This document shows, piece after piece, positions 61,448 through 64,000 of a stretch of DNA of 64,000 nucleotides. The position numbers were made by a program, and so were the translations under genes. A model generated the notes under the pieces. It ran no database searches. It was given only the letters and a program-made list of their open reading frames with translations, and was not told the DNA's origin. The stretch comes from Planctomycetota bacterium (GTDB lineage: Bacteria > Planctomycetota > SZUA-567 > H5-PLA8). Where the stretch lies: NCBI GenBank assembly GCA_045863855.1, contig BTVV01000021.1, forward strand, positions 1-64,000, in the 5' to 3' direction. Positions within the stretch are counted from its first letter, which is position 1. Each line of letters opens with the position of its first letter.

Positions 61448-61502
61448 GGCGTTCGAGCCTGATCTTGCCTCCGCGCCACGCTTCAGGCATCATGCATAAC
61501 TC

Positions 61503-62069
61503 ATGCAACGCAACTTGAAGACGTGTCTTGGGCTGCTCTTGGCAGTGCTGCTCTCTTCGTGCGGCGCGATCAATCGGGCGCGCGGTCCGGTGCAGACGTC
61601 CGCCGCGGGCGCCGAACGCCGCCATGCCGGTCCGGCGTTTGCCTTCACGCATCGCGAAACCTGGCAGGTTACCGAGCAGCCCGGCGCCGAGGCCGGGGAG
61701 CACTCAGTTCAGGTCCAGGGTCCGGGCGGCTTTTTCGTCGAACTGCGGTCCTTGCAACGGACCGCGCATCAGGAAGGCCTTCCGCAACAGGTCGCCAAGG
61801 CCTTGAAGCAGGCGTATCCGAATCTCGAGTCGAAGCCGCTGCAGCGCGAGATCGGGAGGCATGACGCCGTGGGCTTGAGCTTCTCGTACATGACGCCGGA
61901 ACGGCGCCTGAACGGCTGGGTCGTATCGCGCCGGCACGGCGAATCCGAGTTGTGCGTGCTCGCGCAATGGCCCGAAGGCGCGGCGCGCCCGCATGCCGAG
62001 GCGCTGGAAGACCTGCTCATCTCGGTGGAGTGGCCGCGCATAGCGCGGCAGACGGCAACCGCTCCATGA
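61503..62069 (+). CDS. Hypothetical lipoprotein
   Basis: Lipobox LLSSC. The stop overlaps the biotin carboxylase start. Confidence 0.72.
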   Translation: MQRNLKTCLGLLLAVLLSSCGAINRARGPVQTSAAGAERRHAGPAFAFTHRETWQVTEQPGAEAGEHSVQVQGPGGFFVELRSLQRTAHQEGLPQQVAKALKQAYPNLESKPLQREIGRHDAVGLSFSYMTPERRLNGWVVSRRHGESELCVLAQWPEGAARPHAEALEDLLISVEWPRIARQTATAP

Positions 62070-63577
62070 GCGCCGCCCGGTCGCTGCCCCGCCGGATCCT
62101 CATCGCCAACCGCGGCGAGATCGCCTTGCGCATCGCGCGCACCGCTCGCAGGCTGGGGCTCGAGCCCCTGGCTATTTTTTCCTCCGCCGACACGGGCCTG
62201 CCGCATCTGCGCTTCTGCACGCACGCGCTGGAACTGCCCGGCGACCCGCGGCAGGTCTATCTCGACGCGAAAGCCGTCCTGGCTGCCGCCAAGCGATTGA
62301 AAGCCGATGCGATCCATCCGGGCTACGGCTTCCTGGCCGAGAACAGCGATTTCGCCGAAGCCGCCGAGCGCGCGGGCTTCCAGTTCATCGGACCGTCGCC
62401 GGCGCAGTCGCGCGCGCTGGGCGACAAGCTTTCCGGACGCCGCGCCGCTCAGAAGGCCGGCGTGCCCACGGTACCGGGGACGCTGGAGCCGCTCGACGAT
62501 CCCGTTGCCGCCGCGAAGATCGCGAAGGAGATCGGTTATCCGGTGCTGGTCAAGGCCAGTGCGGGCGGCGGCGGACGCGGCATGCGCGTTGTCGAGAACG
62601 AAGCGGGGCTGGCCGAAGCGCTGGACCGCGCGCGTTCCGAAGCGCAGTCGGCTTTCGGCGACGGGCGCGTCTTCCTCGAGAAGTATTTCAGCCGCGTGCG
62701 GCATGTGGAAATCCAGGTGCTGGGCGACGGCAAAGGGCATGCGGTCAGCCTGGGCGAGCGCGAGTGTTCGGTGCAGCGCCGGCACCAGAAGCTAATCGAA
62801 GAATCGCCGGCTCCCGCGCTGCCGCCGAAGGCCGCAAAGAAGATGGGGGCGCTGGCCGCGAAATTGGCCGCGAGCGTGAAGTACCGCGGCGCGGGGACGC
62901 TGGAGTTCCTGGTGCCCGCCGGCACGCAGGATTTTTACTTCATCGAAATGAACGCGCGGCTGCAAGTCGAGCATCCCGTCACCGAACTGTGCACGGGATT
63001 GGACCTGGTGGAAGAACAACTCCGTATCGCCGGCGGCTTGGGCTATTCGTTCGATCCGGAAAAGCTGCGCACCTACGGCCACGCGATCGAAGCGCGGATC
63101 ATCGCCGAAGATCCGGACGCGGGCTTTCGGCCCGCGCTGGGGACGCTGGGCGTCGTGCAGTGGCCGGCCGGTCCGGGGATTCGCGTCGACGCGTGGGCCG
63201 AGGCCGGTCTTGAGGTAAGCCCATACTACGATTCGCTGCTGGGCAAGGTGCTCGCCTGGGGGCAGACGCGCGAAGAGGCGATCCAACGCCTGGCGCTGGC
63301 GCTGGACGAAACGGTCCTCGCGCCGGTGGCGCATACCGCGCCCTTCTTGCGCCGCCTAATCCTCGAACGTCCGTTCCGGTCGGGTGCGTACGACACAAGC
63401 CTGCTGGCCGGCCGCAAGGCCGAAGGGCCGGCCGATGCGCCGAGCGTGGACGCGGCGGTGCTGGCGGCGGCCGAACGGCTCTCGAGCGGCGGCCATGCGA
63501 ACGTGCTTCCGCGACCCGTGCCGGGGCGCAGCTTGAGCGGTTGGCAGCAGGCCGATGCGGGGTGGTGCGAAGCATGA
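62066..63577 (+). CDS. Biotin carboxylase subunit of acyl-CoA carboxylase
   Basis: ILIANRGEIA, IHPGYGFLAEN, KASAGGGGRGM, RECSVQRRHQK, EMNARLQVEHPVTE and YYDSLLGK. Confidence 0.95.
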   Translation: MSAARSLPRRILIANRGEIALRIARTARRLGLEPLAIFSSADTGLPHLRFCTHALELPGDPRQVYLDAKAVLAAAKRLKADAIHPGYGFLAENSDFAEAAERAGFQFIGPSPAQSRALGDKLSGRRAAQKAGVPTVPGTLEPLDDPVAAAKIAKEIGYPVLVKASAGGGGRGMRVVENEAGLAEALDRARSEAQSAFGDGRVFLEKYFSRVRHVEIQVLGDGKGHAVSLGERECSVQRRHQKLIEESPAPALPPKAAKKMGALAAKLAASVKYRGAGTLEFLVPAGTQDFYFIEMNARLQVEHPVTELCTGLDLVEEQLRIAGGLGYSFDPEKLRTYGHAIEARIIAEDPDAGFRPALGTLGVVQWPAGPGIRVDAWAEAGLEVSPYYDSLLGKVLAWGQTREEAIQRLALALDETVLAPVAHTAPFLRRLILERPFRSGAYDTSLLAGRKAEGPADAPSVDAAVLAAAERLSSGGHANVLPRPVPGRSLSGWQQADAGWCEA

Positions 63578-64000
63578 GCGAATCGTTCACTCTTCGCGCC
63601 GCCGACGGCGACACCTCGCGCTCGCGCGGTCTGGAACTGTCCGCTGCGGGACAGTTGAGCGTATCGGGCGAACGCGGCCGCGGGCAGGCGCTCCGAGTGC
63701 TGCGCCGGGATGCCAACGGGCTGCTCGTCGCGTTGTGGGGCGAACGGATCGTGCACGGCTATGTGCTGGGCGCGAACGGCGAGCTGGCGTTGTATGTCGA
63801 CGGGCGCCTCGAGCGCGTGACGCTGAAGAGCGCCGCGGTGGATGCGATGGAGCAGGAAGTCGCGGGCGCGGGCGGCCATTCGGGCGTATTTGAACTGAAG
63901 AGTCCGATTCCGGGGCTAATCAAAAAGGTGGCGGTGCAGGCGGGCGACGAGGTGGCCGCCGGGCAGACGGTGGTGGTGCTGGAAGCGATGAAGATGGAGA
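63574..64000 (+). CDS. Biotin carboxyl carrier protein (runs off the window end)
   Basis: ATGA overlap with the previous stop. The frame ends in SPIPG...GQTVVVLEAMKME, the biotinylation motif. Confidence 0.92.
   Translation, partial: MSESFTLRAADGDTSRSRGLELSAAGQLSVSGERGRGQALRVLRRDANGLLVALWGERIVHGYVLGANGELALYVDGRLERVTLKSAAVDAMEQEVAGAGGHSGVFELKSPIPGLIKKVAVQAGDEVAAGQTVVVLEAMKME

Overview
This is a high-GC bacterial chromosomal segment with about 58 protein-coding genes and one toxin remnant. I see no rRNA, tRNA, CRISPR array, integrase or transposase. Gene style suggests a Planctomycetota genome, though this is inference (an 'RFSLRTF' N-terminal anchor, a sulfatase, an ECF/zf-HC2-FecR pair, Zn-finger bitopic proteins). 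Housekeeping genes include gatA, hisS, ispF, sodA, mdh, pyrD, sppA and an acyl-CoA carboxylase operon. A complete but split elongasome is present, with mreB at 24.2 kb and mreC-mreD-mrdA-rodA at 42-47 kb. A secreted polysaccharide-degradation cluster contains GH9, GH5, a BNR beta-propeller and a Zn-finger-TM-CBM protein next to a XylR-type regulator. The most notable unexplained signals are: (1) a nested-helix ~130-nt leader in front of an ankyrin protein with a small N-terminal helical module; (2) a double-anchored WD40 gene with GC-rich ends and an AT-rich core; (3) a Zn-finger/TM/CBM candidate trans-membrane sensor; (4) a globin-like protein lacking the proximal His, behind a sigma54-type promoter; (5) small hairpin elements flanked by TA/TTA, two of which sit on stop codons. 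All calls come from reading motifs by eye, and no database searches were run.
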